Below are positions 25,321 through 36,900 of a stretch of 64,000 bases of DNA, piece after piece; the stretch's first letter is position 1; each line of letters starts with the position of its first letter. The DNA is from Octopus vulgaris (lineage: Eukaryota). The notes under the pieces were generated by a model. It saw only the letters and a list, made by a program, of their open reading frames with translations. It was not told the DNA's origin and made no database searches. The translations under genes were made by a program, and so were the position numbers. The stretch spans positions 5,704,001-5,768,000 of the forward strand of contig OX597843.1 in NCBI GenBank assembly GCA_951406725.2, given 5' to 3'.

Positions 25321-26440
25321 TGCAGGGTGATGAGTGGAGAGGGACTGTTGAGAATTAGGGTCGTTTGCCAGCCTCCCCTGGCACGTAAAAAGCACCCACT
25401 ACACTCACGGAGTGGTTGGCGTTAGGAAGGGCATCCAGCCGTAGAAACACTGCCAGATCAGACTGGGCCTGGTGCAGCCTTCTGGCTTCCCAGACCTCGG
25501 TTGCACTGTCCAACCCACGCCAGCTAAACGATGATGATATTAAAAGTGGTTCTAGGGAGGGGAGAGACAACTTGTAGTCACAGAGAGGGAATAAAATATG
25601 TAGTTTTGCTCTCATTAATTTGCAATAACAGTTGAATAATGCAGTAGTTAGAAACATGATAGGGGGGAGAGGTCATGGTGAGGAATGTTTAGACTGGGAC
25701 AAATTGAGGACTGACCCAGTTCTGTGGATTCTACAACCAATTAAATATGTTAATACTTTCGGAAGTAGGGGAGGCAACTCTTGGTTATTTCTTTTGACTC
25801 TTTAATTAACCACGGACAATAATTGTTCATTAACTGTTTTGTTCCACTTCGTTCTATATGGCGTTTCAGTCATCACTTTACGGCCATGCTGGAGCACTGC
25901 CTTGAAAATGTTTTCAGTCAAACGATTCGACCTGTGTATTTGTTTTGTTTATTATTTTGTAGTTTTTTTTTAAAGCCTAATATTTTATCAGTTTTTTTGT
26001 CAAGCTGCTATGTCACAGGGACATAAGCACACCAGCTCCCGTTGTCGAGCAGTGGTAGAGGACAAACACAGACTCTCTCTCACACACCCACATAAAGTTC
26101 TGGGTTTTGGGGGTAAAAAAAAATACTGTAGGATCATCAGTTAATTATGATTTTATTCAACATATTCCCCTCTCAGATTCACACAGTTATTGTGATGATC
26201 CTTCAGTCCCATTGTGAACGATGGCATCTAGTTTCCTTATGTTTCCCATTTGCTTTACAAACTGTGCATGTTTTTGAAGCATTTGTCTTCTTGGCAGTGG
26301 GGAGGAAACAGTCATGGAAAACGTCCAGATCCCTTCACCATGCAGTGAACCTTCCGTACTTTATCAGGTCTGATGCTTCTATCATTTCACAGAACAATAG
26401 ATTCCTGAATGTCAATCCATCCCATACACAGCCCTGCATC

Positions 26441-28212
26441 TATAATAATAATAATGAAATTATTGTATACAGTGCTCAGGTGCACCACAACTTGTCAGAA
26501 AGTGCGTATAGAGTATATGCAGTAATGTAGAAATGTCTGGGAAGTGAAAAGTGTATGAGTCAGATAGATGCTTGCTTGTGTGTATGGAGGGGAGAAAATC
26601 AGGTGTAGTGTTGGCGAATCTCAGGAAGCATGGAAGTTTTGAAGGATGCAGTGCTCCGACAACTAACAACTGATGCCAGCAGTTTGTTCCATGCTTCAGC
26701 GTGTGTATGGAGGGGAGAAGATCAGGTGTAGTGTTGGCGAATCTCAGGAAGCATGGAAGTTTTGAAGGATGCAGTGCTCCAAACCAACAACTGATGCCAG
26801 CAGTTTGTTCCATGCTTCAGCGTGTGTATGGAGGGGAGAAGATCAGGTGTAGTGTTGGCGAATCTCAGGAAGCATGGAAGTTTTGAAGGATGCAGTGCTC
26901 CGACAACCAACAACTGATGCCGGCAGTTTGTTCCATGCTTCAGCGTGTGTATGGAGGGGAGAAGATCAGGTGTAGTGTTGGCGAATCTCAGGAAGCATGG
27001 AAGTTTTGAAGGATGCAGTGCTCCGACAACTAACAACTGATGCCAGCAGTTTGTTCCATGCTTCAGCGTGTGTATGGAGGGGAGAAAGATCAGGTGTAGT
27101 GTTGGCGAATCTCAGGAAGCATGGAAGTTTTGAAGGATGCAGTGCTCCGACAACCAACAACTGATGCCGGCAGTTTGTTCCATGCTTCAGCGTGTGTATG
27201 GAGGGGAGTAGAAGATCAGGTGTAGTGTTGGCGAATCTCAGGAAGCATGGAAGTTTTGAAGGATGCAGTGCTCCGACAACCAACAACTGATGCCGGCAGT
27301 TTGTTCCATGCTTCAGCGTGTGTATGGAGGGGAGAATGAAGATCAGGTGTAGTGTTGGCGAATCTCAGAAAGCATGGAAGTTTTGAAGGATGCAGTGCTC
27401 CGACAACCAACAACTGATGCCGGCAGTTTGTTCCATGCTTCAGCGTGTGTATGGAGGGGAGAAGATCAGGTGTAGTGTTGGCGAATCTCAGGAAGCATGG
27501 AAGTTTTGAAGGATGCAGTGCTCCGACAACTAACAACTGATGCCGGCAGTTTGTTCCATGCTTCAGCGTGTGTATGGAGGGGAGACAATCAGGTGTAGTG
27601 ATGGCGAATCTCTCAAGAAGCATGGAAGTTTTGAAGGATGCATTGCTCCCACAACTAACAACTGATGCCGGTAGTTTGTTCCATGCTTCAGCGTGTGTAT
27701 GGAGGGGAGGAGATCAAGTGTAGTGTTGGCGAATCTCTCAGGAAGCATGGAAGTTTTGAAGGATGCAGTGCTCCCACAACTAACAACTGATGCTGGCAGT
27801 TTGTTCCATGCTTCAGCGTGTGTATGGAGGGGAGGAGATCAAGTGTAGTGTTGGCGAATCTCTCAGGAAGCATGGAAGTTTTGAAGGATGCAGTGCTCCC
27901 ACAACTAACAACTGATGCTGGCAGTTTGTTCCATGCTTCAGCGTGTGTATGGAGGGGAGGAGTTCAAGTGTAGTGTTGGCGAATCTCTCAAGAAGCATGG
28001 AAGTTTTGAAGGATGCAGTGCTCCGACAACTAACAACTGATGCTGGCAGTTTGTTCCATGCTTCAGCAACTCTCAGCGTGAAAAAATGTTTCCGAAAGTC
28101 ATGGAAGGAGCTGTGCTGTTTTCTGACTTCGTAAACATGTCCACGGGTGTTAGATGGGTGGATTTTGAAAAGGTGCTCAGAGTTATTGTTAGTAAGATGG
28201 TTGATAAATTTA
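26441..28212 (-). repeat. LINE 3' end with internal tandem amplification (about 12 copies of 121-128 bp)
   Basis: (AAT)n tail at about 26445. The unit GTGTGTATGGAGGGGAG...TTCCATGCTTCAGC repeats to about 28065, then sequence homologous to the LINE at 30010-30520 resumes. Confidence 0.88.
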
Positions 28213-28433
28213 TGGCTGCCAAATCAAAAGTGAGTTCACGACACACATGTCAACTGTATACAAGAAAATTCTTTTGGTACCATTGCACAAATTTTCCCAC
28301 CTACATAGGTGCAGGAGCGGCTGTGTGGTAAGAAGCTTGCTTACCAACCACATGGTTCCGGGTTCAGTCCCACTGCTTATGATAATAAGTGATAACAATA
28401 ATAACCCTTTTTTCTTTTCTTTGTGCATTGCAG

Positions 28434-28534
28434 GGGCCAAACGTCTTGGGAGAAACATACAAGAGATGACAGGCAATGCTCCCTCGTTTTTCTTCATCCT
28501 TTGTTGGTACTACGTCTCTCCTCTCTTTATATTG
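28434..28534 (+). CDS. ine: SLC6 ine-like exon (TM11)
   Basis: 101 nt, gcag/gtgagt. Encodes GAKRLGRNIQEMTGNAPSFFFILCWYYVSPLFIL. Confidence 0.93.
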
Positions 28535-29421
28535 GTGAGTATGGCCTTATGTGTTGTTGTTCATCCCCAGGTTAGTCCTGATCCCTGATCCAATAGAATC
28601 ATGATCGAAGACGTTCCAGCTGTGACCATCCTGTCTTTTATTCAGAGAAAGTGTATCTAGGACTACATTATCTAATGTGTCCTTCCTTATTGCTGTTGTT
28701 TAGCCCCAGGTCAGTCCTGATCCCTGATCCAGTAGAATCGTGATCAAAGATGTTCCAACTGTGACCATCCTGTCTTTTATTCAGGCATTGTGTATCTAGG
28801 ACTACATTATCTAATGTGTCATTCCTTGTTGCTTAGTTATAGGTCAGTCCTAATCCAGACACACCTATGATCAAAGATGTTCCAGTTGTGACCATCCTGT
28901 CTTTTATTCAAACACAGTATCTAGGATTAAATAAGTACCAGTTACGCACTGAGGTTGATATAATCGACTTAATCCGTTCGTCTGCTCTGTGTGTAGCCCT
29001 TTGAGGGTAGTAAAGAAATAAGAAACGTTAGCACGCCTGGCGAAATTCTTAGCAGTATTTCATCTGTCTTTACGTTCAGAGTTCAAATTCCGACGAGGTC
29101 AACTTTGCCTTTCATCCTTTTGGGGTCGATTAAATAAGTACCAGTTACGCACTGGGGTCGATATAATCGACTTAATCCATTTGTCTGTCCACTCTGTGTT
29201 TAGCCCCTTGTGTGTAGTAAAGAAATAGGTATTTCGTCTGCTGCTACATTCTGAGTTCAACTTTGACTTTCATCCTTTTGGGGTCAATAAATTAAGTACC
29301 AGTTGCGAAATGGTGTTGATTTAATTGACTGGCCCCCTCCCCCAAAATTTCGGGCCTTGTGCCTAGAGTAAAAAAGTATATTTCCTATAAACCCAATTAC
29401 ACATTGTTCCCTCTTTTTCAG

Positions 29422-29592
29422 GCTATTTTGATCTTCAGTATGGTCCAGTACTCGGACCTGGAAGTGGGTGGCTACGTCTACCCGAAATGGGCAATAGGCA
29501 TTGGATGGTTCATTACTTCTTTGTCCCTCGTTTGTATCCCTTTGGGCATGATTGATGCTGTCTACAATTCTAAAGGGAACAATTTGTGGCAG
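29422..29592 (+). CDS. ine: SLC6 ine-like exon (TM12)
   Basis: 171 nt, tcag/gtatgt. Encodes AILIFSMVQYSDLEVGGYVYPKWAIGIGWFITSLSLVCIPLGMIDAVYNSKGNNLWQ. Confidence 0.93.
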
Positions 29593-30004
29593 GTATGTGT
29601 AACCTTGAATTTCCCTACTTGAACCCCTTCCCCCGCTTTATTTTCATTTACCCTGGTCTTTGGACCTTCTTCAGCTACGCAACAACCCTGTAGAGTAAGA
29701 TCTAGAAAGGGCATAACCCAAGCAAAATAGCGCATGGGTAGGGATCTGGGTGGTGCCGTGTGGTCCTTGGGAAATGGCTTCAATTGTCCAAGAAGTAGTT
29801 CGAAAGGTAGGTGACCATTTAATAAAAAAAAATGCCAGGCTCATGGGCCCGGTTTCCATGGAGTATGTGTTCCCCAGCTGGACAGGACGCCAGTCCATCA
29901 CAGCGTTACTCATTTTTGCCAGCTGAGTGGACTGGAGCAACGTGAAATGAAGTGTTTTGCTCAAGAACACAACGCGTCGCCCTGTCCAGGAATCGAAACC
30001 ACAA

Positions 30005-30520
30005 TAATAATAATTGTGTACAGTGCTCAGGTGCACTACAACTCATCTAAAGTGTATATATAATCAGGTGTAGTTTCGGCGGATTTCGGAAAGCATGAGG
30101 GCCTTAAAGGATGCAGTGTCATGGCAGTCAACAACTGACGCAGGCAGTTTGTTCCATGCTTCAGCAACCCTGAGCGTGAAAAAATGTTTCCGAAAGTCAT
30201 GGAAGGAGCTGTGCTGTTTTCTGACTTTGTAGGCATGTCCACGGGTGTTAGACACATGGAGATCAAAAAGGTGTTCAGTGTTGTTGTGGGTGAGGTGGTT
30301 GATAACCTTGCGGGTGTTTACCAAGTCCATCGCCAGATGCCGGAGCTTCAGTGAATCCCATGCCCAGGGAAACAAGGCGCTCAGAATATGGTAGGTGTCT
30401 GATGGAGGGTATGCGTTTGGTTGCACGTCTCTGGACAGATTCCAGGAGGTCAATGTTCTGAGCAAGATAGGGATTCCAAACTGATGATGCGAATTCCAAG
30501 TGTGGTCGTACCATAGCTGT
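30005..30520 (-). mobile_element. CR1/L2-type LINE 3' fragment (ORF2 C-terminus)
   Basis: VRPHLEFASSVWNPYLAQNIDLLESVQRRATKRIPSIRHLPYSERL...RGHAYKV...FFTLRVAEAWNKLP, frameshifted. Confidence 0.85.
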
Positions 30521-30943
30521 TACGATCATGATGCTGACACCCTAACCACTAGGCCACGTGCCTGAAGGTGGACATTTGGCCAGGCATAATGAAACAAAGG
30601 AGGTGATCACATTCACACCAGTTGTCAAGCAGTGGTGGGAGACAAACACACACCTACTTATTATCATCATCATAATTTAACATCCATCTTCCATGTTGGC
30701 ATGGGTTAGATGATTTGACAGGAGCCGATAAGCCAGTGGATTGGACCAGGCCCCAGTACTGGTTTGGCATGGGTCTTAATCATTCTCTTTTTGTGCCTTA
30801 TAATTTAACACCGTCACCGATAAAATTTCCACTTGTTCTTTATTTTTACTTTCCTAAAATAATAATTAAGTGGAAATTTTACCAGTGTGTCTGTTAAATC
30901 ATAAGGCACAAAAAGAAAATAACTCCCCAGACACAAAAGTATA

Positions 30944-31454
30944 TCTATATATATAAAACTGTAGTTGTGTGAGTGTCTGTCTCCTACAATTTAGATTCCT
31001 AACTCCTCCCACATTTTGCGGTGCAGTTTAACCAAAACCGGGTATCTTATAGTCGTGATTCATATCGAGCCCGCCTGGGTATTAGCGCGCGTCTACGATG
31101 AGTCTACGATTTTAAAAATAATTTACCATAATTTTTTTCCATTTTAACGCATATTTTTTCGTGTGTCGATGGCGGCGGAGTTGGCGTCCACGGTCACACC
31201 TGCACCTGTTTGCTTCTCCCCCTTCTTCCCTCCCTCGTGAAGCTGTGGGGAAGGGAGTGTAAGGAAATCAACGTCGTAAAGCGTTGTCAAGGAGACCAGC
31301 GTTCTTTTAGAACAACGACTTCATGGCTTGAAGACACCAAAACAGAAATGGCTAAGAAAGCCCGAATTGGCATCTATAAGGGAAGTAACTCTCTAAAAAT
31401 GCTTATATAGTTATTTGCCTTACAAACCCGAGCAACGCCGGGCGATACTGCTAG
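30944..31454 (+). mobile_element. Non-autonomous Helitron
   Basis: 5' A|TC(TA)nAAA, subterminal hairpin CCCGAGCAACGCCGGG, 3' CTAG|T. Inserted at an AT with no TSD. Confidence 0.8.
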
Positions 31455-32086
31455 TCTATATATAATTAAATAAGGGTAGAAATTGATATTAATCAATTAA
31501 TGTTATATATTTTCATTTGTCTTGCATATTTTTACATTTTGGTGAGAACACATTGTTCATGGTAAGGGCGATTTGACATCTATGTTTAGCATACAGGGTG
31601 TCCATTTTTAGTGGTCAGTCCTGTAAATTTTGTGTATATATATATATATATATAGATACACACAAACAGGCTTCTTTCAGTTTCCGTCTACCAAATCCAC
31701 TCTCAAGGCTTTGGTCAGCCCGAGGCTATAGTAAAAGACACTTGCCCAAGGTGCCACACAGTAGGACTGAACCTGGGACCATGTGGTTGGTAAGCAAGCT
31801 TCTTACCACATAGCTATGCCTGCGCCTAACACGACGGGCTTCTTTCAGTTTCCATCTACTAAATCCACTCTCAAGGCTTCGGTCGGCCCGAGGCTATAGT
31901 AAAAGACACTTGCCCAAGGTGCCACGCAGTGGGACTGAACCCGGAACCATGTGGTTGACAAGGAAGCGTCTTACCACTCCTGCCCCATGAACATTAGATG
32001 GTGATGATAACACACTCTTTCCCTCTCTCGTCTCCATTCTCCTCTTGACTGTATCTGGTTTCACTTGTTTTTTCCTTCCTTTACAG

Positions 32087-32200
32087 AAGTTCCGCAACTC
32101 TCTAACCTCGCCCATCATGGAGGAAAGCATGACCATGGAACTGTGCAACAAAGAGAGGTCTCGTCCAAACTTGGACACACTGAAAGCTTCAACGATGTGA
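32087..32200 (+). CDS. ine: SLC6 ine-like terminal coding exon
   Basis: Strong polypyrimidine tract and acag acceptor, phase 0. Encodes KFRNSLTSPIMEESMTMELCNKERSRPNLDTLKASTM*, with TGA at 32198-32200. Confidence 0.82.
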   Translation, partial: KFRNSLTSPIMEESMTMELCNKERSRPNLDTLKASTM

Positions 32201-33901
32201 AGTGTGGGCTTTCATGCCCTTCTATTTTGCTTTCTTATATATATTTTTTTGTATTTTATATATACTGTCATCGTCATCACCATCTTGTTGGTTGACACAA
32301 ATCACATGAGCACAAGGTCACGTGGTTGTCAGAGCTGGAGTGGACAATGGTCACATGACTTTTTTTTTTTAAACTTTTTCTTTCTTAATTACAAATTTTT
32401 TTTCCCCAGGGAAACGTGATTCATTATATCATACTATGACTCTCTGAAGTCCTGGAGGCAGGGGGGGGACTCATGGTGGTGGGGTGTTGGGGGTAAGAAG
32501 GACTATTCCTAGGTCACATGACTTTGAAAACTCTACGCATCTCCTCCAGTCTAATTTGCATAATCTCAAAACTTAAGGACGACACTTGACCATTCCCACC
32601 ATGACTGACCAATCAACCCTTAAATAATTCTTCAGGTTTCAAATACTGCCATTTTACGGAAAGGATACAGGTGTGGCTGATTTCTTGAGAAGCTTTCTCT
32701 CCAACCTCAGGGTTCCAGGTTCAGATCCTTTGGTAAGTATCTTCAGCTCCATACATGTATATATAGGGGTGGTGACCCCTGTTGTACTCTTTCTGTTTCT
32801 TGAGTAACGCTGCGATGGACTGGTGTCCTGTCCAGCTGGGGGGGAACACATACACTACAGAAACCCCGGCTTGAAAAGGGGGCATAAATATATATTCTCC
32901 TCCCTCCACATGTAGAGAGGTTATGTGCCTTCAGCCATTTCAGTCTGACAAGAAGCCTATACTGCTAAGCACTTTATAGGTGTGAAGCCAAAGGTCATCC
33001 TCTGACTGGCCATAGCGTATGTAGCCTGAATTTTATCAACTTCATTCCCAAAGTTTGAATATATTCAGCACCCACCTTGTATATATATATATCAGGTGGT
33101 GAGCTGGCATAATACTTAGAGGTCTTTCATCCATCTTAACATTCTGAGTTCAAATTCTACTAAGGTTGACAAACTTAAGTACCAGTTGAATACTGGGGTT
33201 GATGTAATCAACTGATTCCCTCCCCACAAAATTGGTGGCCTTATACCAAAATTTCAAAGCAACACTATATATATTTCTTTACATTTTTCAGTCATTTGAC
33301 TGTGGCCATGCTAGAGCACTGCCTTTTAGTCGTCCCCTGGACTTATGCTAAGTTATGGGAACGTAAACACACCAACATTGGTTGTCAAGCGATAGTGGGG
33401 AGAACGCACACACGATCAGTTTCAATCTACCAAATCCACTTTGGTCAGCTCAAGGCTACAATAGAAGACACTTGTCGAAGGTGCCACATAGTGGGACTGA
33501 ACCCAGAACCATGTGGTTGGGAAGTAAGCTTCTTACCGCACAGCCACATTGTGCCTCTATATATGTACATACTCTATTTTACTTGTTTCAGTCATTTGAC
33601 TGCGGCCATGCTGGAGCGCCGCCTTTAGTCGAACAAATTGACCCCGGGACTTATTCTATCGGTCTCTTTTGCCGAAGCGTTAAGTTACAGGGACGTAAGC
33701 ACACCAATATCAGTTGTCAAGCGATGTTGGGGGGACAAACACAACACACACATATATATACATATATACAGACAGGTCTTCTTCATCATTTCCATCTACC
33801 AGATGGTATTATTACTCACTCACATAGGCTTTGTAGTTCAGACATCTGTAAAAGATTAGAGCAGGATTCTATTTCGAAGGTTGTTTGTTATGGCCGGTCA
33901 A

Positions 33902-33962
33902 AGAGTGACCATTGGTTTCGCACCTATAAAGCCCTTAGCTGTTTAGGTAACTCGTCAGGCTT
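33902..33962 (-). ncRNA. Hammerhead ribozyme-like motif
   Basis: Reads CUGACGA-GUUACCUA...UAGGUGC-GAAA-CC-AAU-GGUC. The core and stems II and III are intact; stem I is weak in this copy. Confidence 0.55.
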
Positions 33963-36900
33963 AGATGGATGTATTTTGTTTACGAAACTAACTGACCATG
34001 ACAGCCACTCCTGCGCCTTCATATATATATAGTCTTTTACTCTTCTAACTTGTTTCGGTCATGCTGGAGCATCGCCTTTAGTCAAGCAAATCGACCCCAG
34101 AGCTTAGTCTGTGTAAGTCTAGTACTTATTCTATCAGTCTCTTTTGCTGAACTGCTAAGCTAAGTTACGGGGACGTAAACATGCCAACATTGGTTGACAA
34201 ACACACACATGCTGCCTTTTCTATATACAAATGCACAGACAATGGCTTTGGTCGGCCCGAGGCTAGAGTAGAAGACACTTGCCCAAGGTGCCACGCATTG
34301 GAACTGAACCTGGAACCATGTGGTTCATAAGCAAGCTACTTACCACTCCTGCGCCTGTATTCATCTTTTATCTCTAATTTATATATATGTGTGTGTATGC
34401 CCGGTCAAAGTGTGACCATTGGTTTCGCACCTATAAAGCCCTGAGCTGTATAGGTAACTCGTCTGGCAGTGGATGTATTTTGTGTTACGAACACTGACAT
34501 GACGTATTTCCTTATAGAGAATACCGTCTGGCATGCTAACTAAATTTGACATACTTAAATATATATCGTCGATTATTAGCATCCTACAACACATTTATTG
34601 GATTTCAACTGGTAAAAACATACAAAACAGAAAGTTGTACTCTTTTACTTGCTTCAGCACTGCCCTTAGTCGAGCATATCGACCCCGGGACTTATTCTTT
34701 CGGTCTCTGTTGCCGAACCGCTAAGTGACGGGGACGTAAACACGCCAGCATTGGTTGTCAAGCAATGCTAGGGGGACAAACACAGACACATATATACGAC
34801 GGGCTTCTTTCAGTTTCCGTCTACCAAACCCACTCACAAGGCTTCAGTCAGCCCGAGGCTATAGTAGAAGACACTTGCCCAAGGTGCCACGCAGTGGGAC
34901 TGAACCTGGAACCATGTGGTCAAGAAGCAAGCTTCTTACCACACAGCTACGCCTGCACCTGTTCACGAATCCTTAATATCCTGACCCCTTACACCCTGCT
35001 CCAGACCGACCCCTTGAATCCATATGGGGAGCCTCTATACAGTTGCTCAACATGCTAGAAAAAGCAGCCAAATATCTCTCAAAATAGAACCCGTCGTTAT
35101 AACAACACACTGCGTAATGAAAACCAAGATACACTATGCCAAGAACGGACGCTCTTTTCTTTGTTTCAGTCATTTGACTGTGGCCAAGCTGGAGCACTGC
35201 GACCACAGGACTTATTCTATCGGTCTCTTTTTGCGGAACCGTTAGGTTACGGGGACATAAACACACCAGCATCGGTTGTCAAGCGATACTGGGGGGACAG
35301 ACACAGACACATATGTGACGGGCTTCTTTCAGTTTCCGTCTATCAAACCCACTCATAAGACTGTGGTGTTCCAGAGGACATAGTAGAAGACACTTGCCCA
35401 AGGTTCCATGCAGTGGGACTGAACCCGGAACCATGTGTTTGGTAAGCAAGCTACTTACCACAGAGCCACTCCTATGCCTTGGACATGAATAATACAACTG
35501 TCAACAGTCCAGTCCAGTCTACTTAGCCGTCAGTAGGTACCACCGTGTGGTATAGTTCACTGCATGGCATCCATTATGTAACTCTAGGCCAGACCTGTGA
35601 CCATCCTGTCTTTTATTCAGACATAGTGCATCTAGGACTACATCATCTAATGTGTTCTTTCTTGTTGTTTACCCCGATGAAAGATATTCCAACCATGACC
35701 AACACACCATATTGTCCATGTCCAAGAACACATTATTCAGTTGCCTTCTTTTCCTTTATGCATTATAAGGCATTTGAGAAATATTTGGCTACTATTTCAA
35801 GCATAAATATCAGGTGACCAAAAAAAAGGGGAGGGGGGTCATGGAACACCTTTTTTTTCTTAGTTTATCATCAACATCGAAATCAAATTTGCTTAAAAAA
35901 AAAATCAATATTTTTTTTCCATCAATAAAAAAACCCCAGAATTTCTTGATTTCAGTTGCTCTTTTTTTTAATATTATTGAGTTCAAATCCTGTTGCGATC
36001 AGATTTGCTTTTCTCCCTTTCAGGGGTCAATGAAATAAACACCAGGTGAGTGCTGCCCCTCCCCACGTGCCAATATTGTGAAATACCCATTTTTTTTTTT
36101 TTGTCAAAAATTAGATTCAAGCAACACGGGACCTTCTTATACTTGGACAAATGGAATCCTTCCAGGTCAACGTAGGGAAGGATGGCTTCCCCCTGCAAAT
36201 ACCGAAAGGGCACAGAAAGTGTGCCTAAAGCCAGCTGGAGAAGATGTTTCCCTGGGGCTACAGTAGCAAATATACCTCACGATGTCGTGCAGAGAATTCT
36301 TATTGATCGACCTGAGACTATAGTAGAAGACACTTGCCCAATGTGTCATGTGGTTGGTAAGCAAGCTACTTACCACACAGCCACTCTTGTGCCTATACTC
36401 ACTTCATTATTATATGTAAACCCCAACACTCTCTGTCTTCTCCCTCTCATCCGTCACCCTCATGGTAAATGAATGAAACTATTATTATTAAGATGGTGAA
36501 CTGATAAGTTCAAATTCCGCCGAGGTCGACTTTGCCTTTCATCCTCTCGGGGTCGATAAATTAAGTACCAGTTATGCACTGGGGTCGATGTAATCGACTT
36601 AATCCGTTTGTCTGTCCTTGTTTGTTCCCTCTGTGTTTAGCCCCTTGTGGATAATAAAGAAATAGGTATTTCGTCTACCGCTACGTTCTGAGTTCAAATT
36701 CCGCCGAGGTCGACTTTGCCTTTCATCCTTTCAGGGTCGATAAATTAAGTACCAGTTTTGCATTGGGGTCGATGTAATCGACTTAATACCTATGTCTGTC
36801 CTTGTTTGTCCCCTCTGTGTGTAGCCCCTTGTGGATAATAAAGAAATAGGTATTTCGTCTGCCGTTATGTTCTGAGTTCAAATTCCGTCGAGGTTCACTT

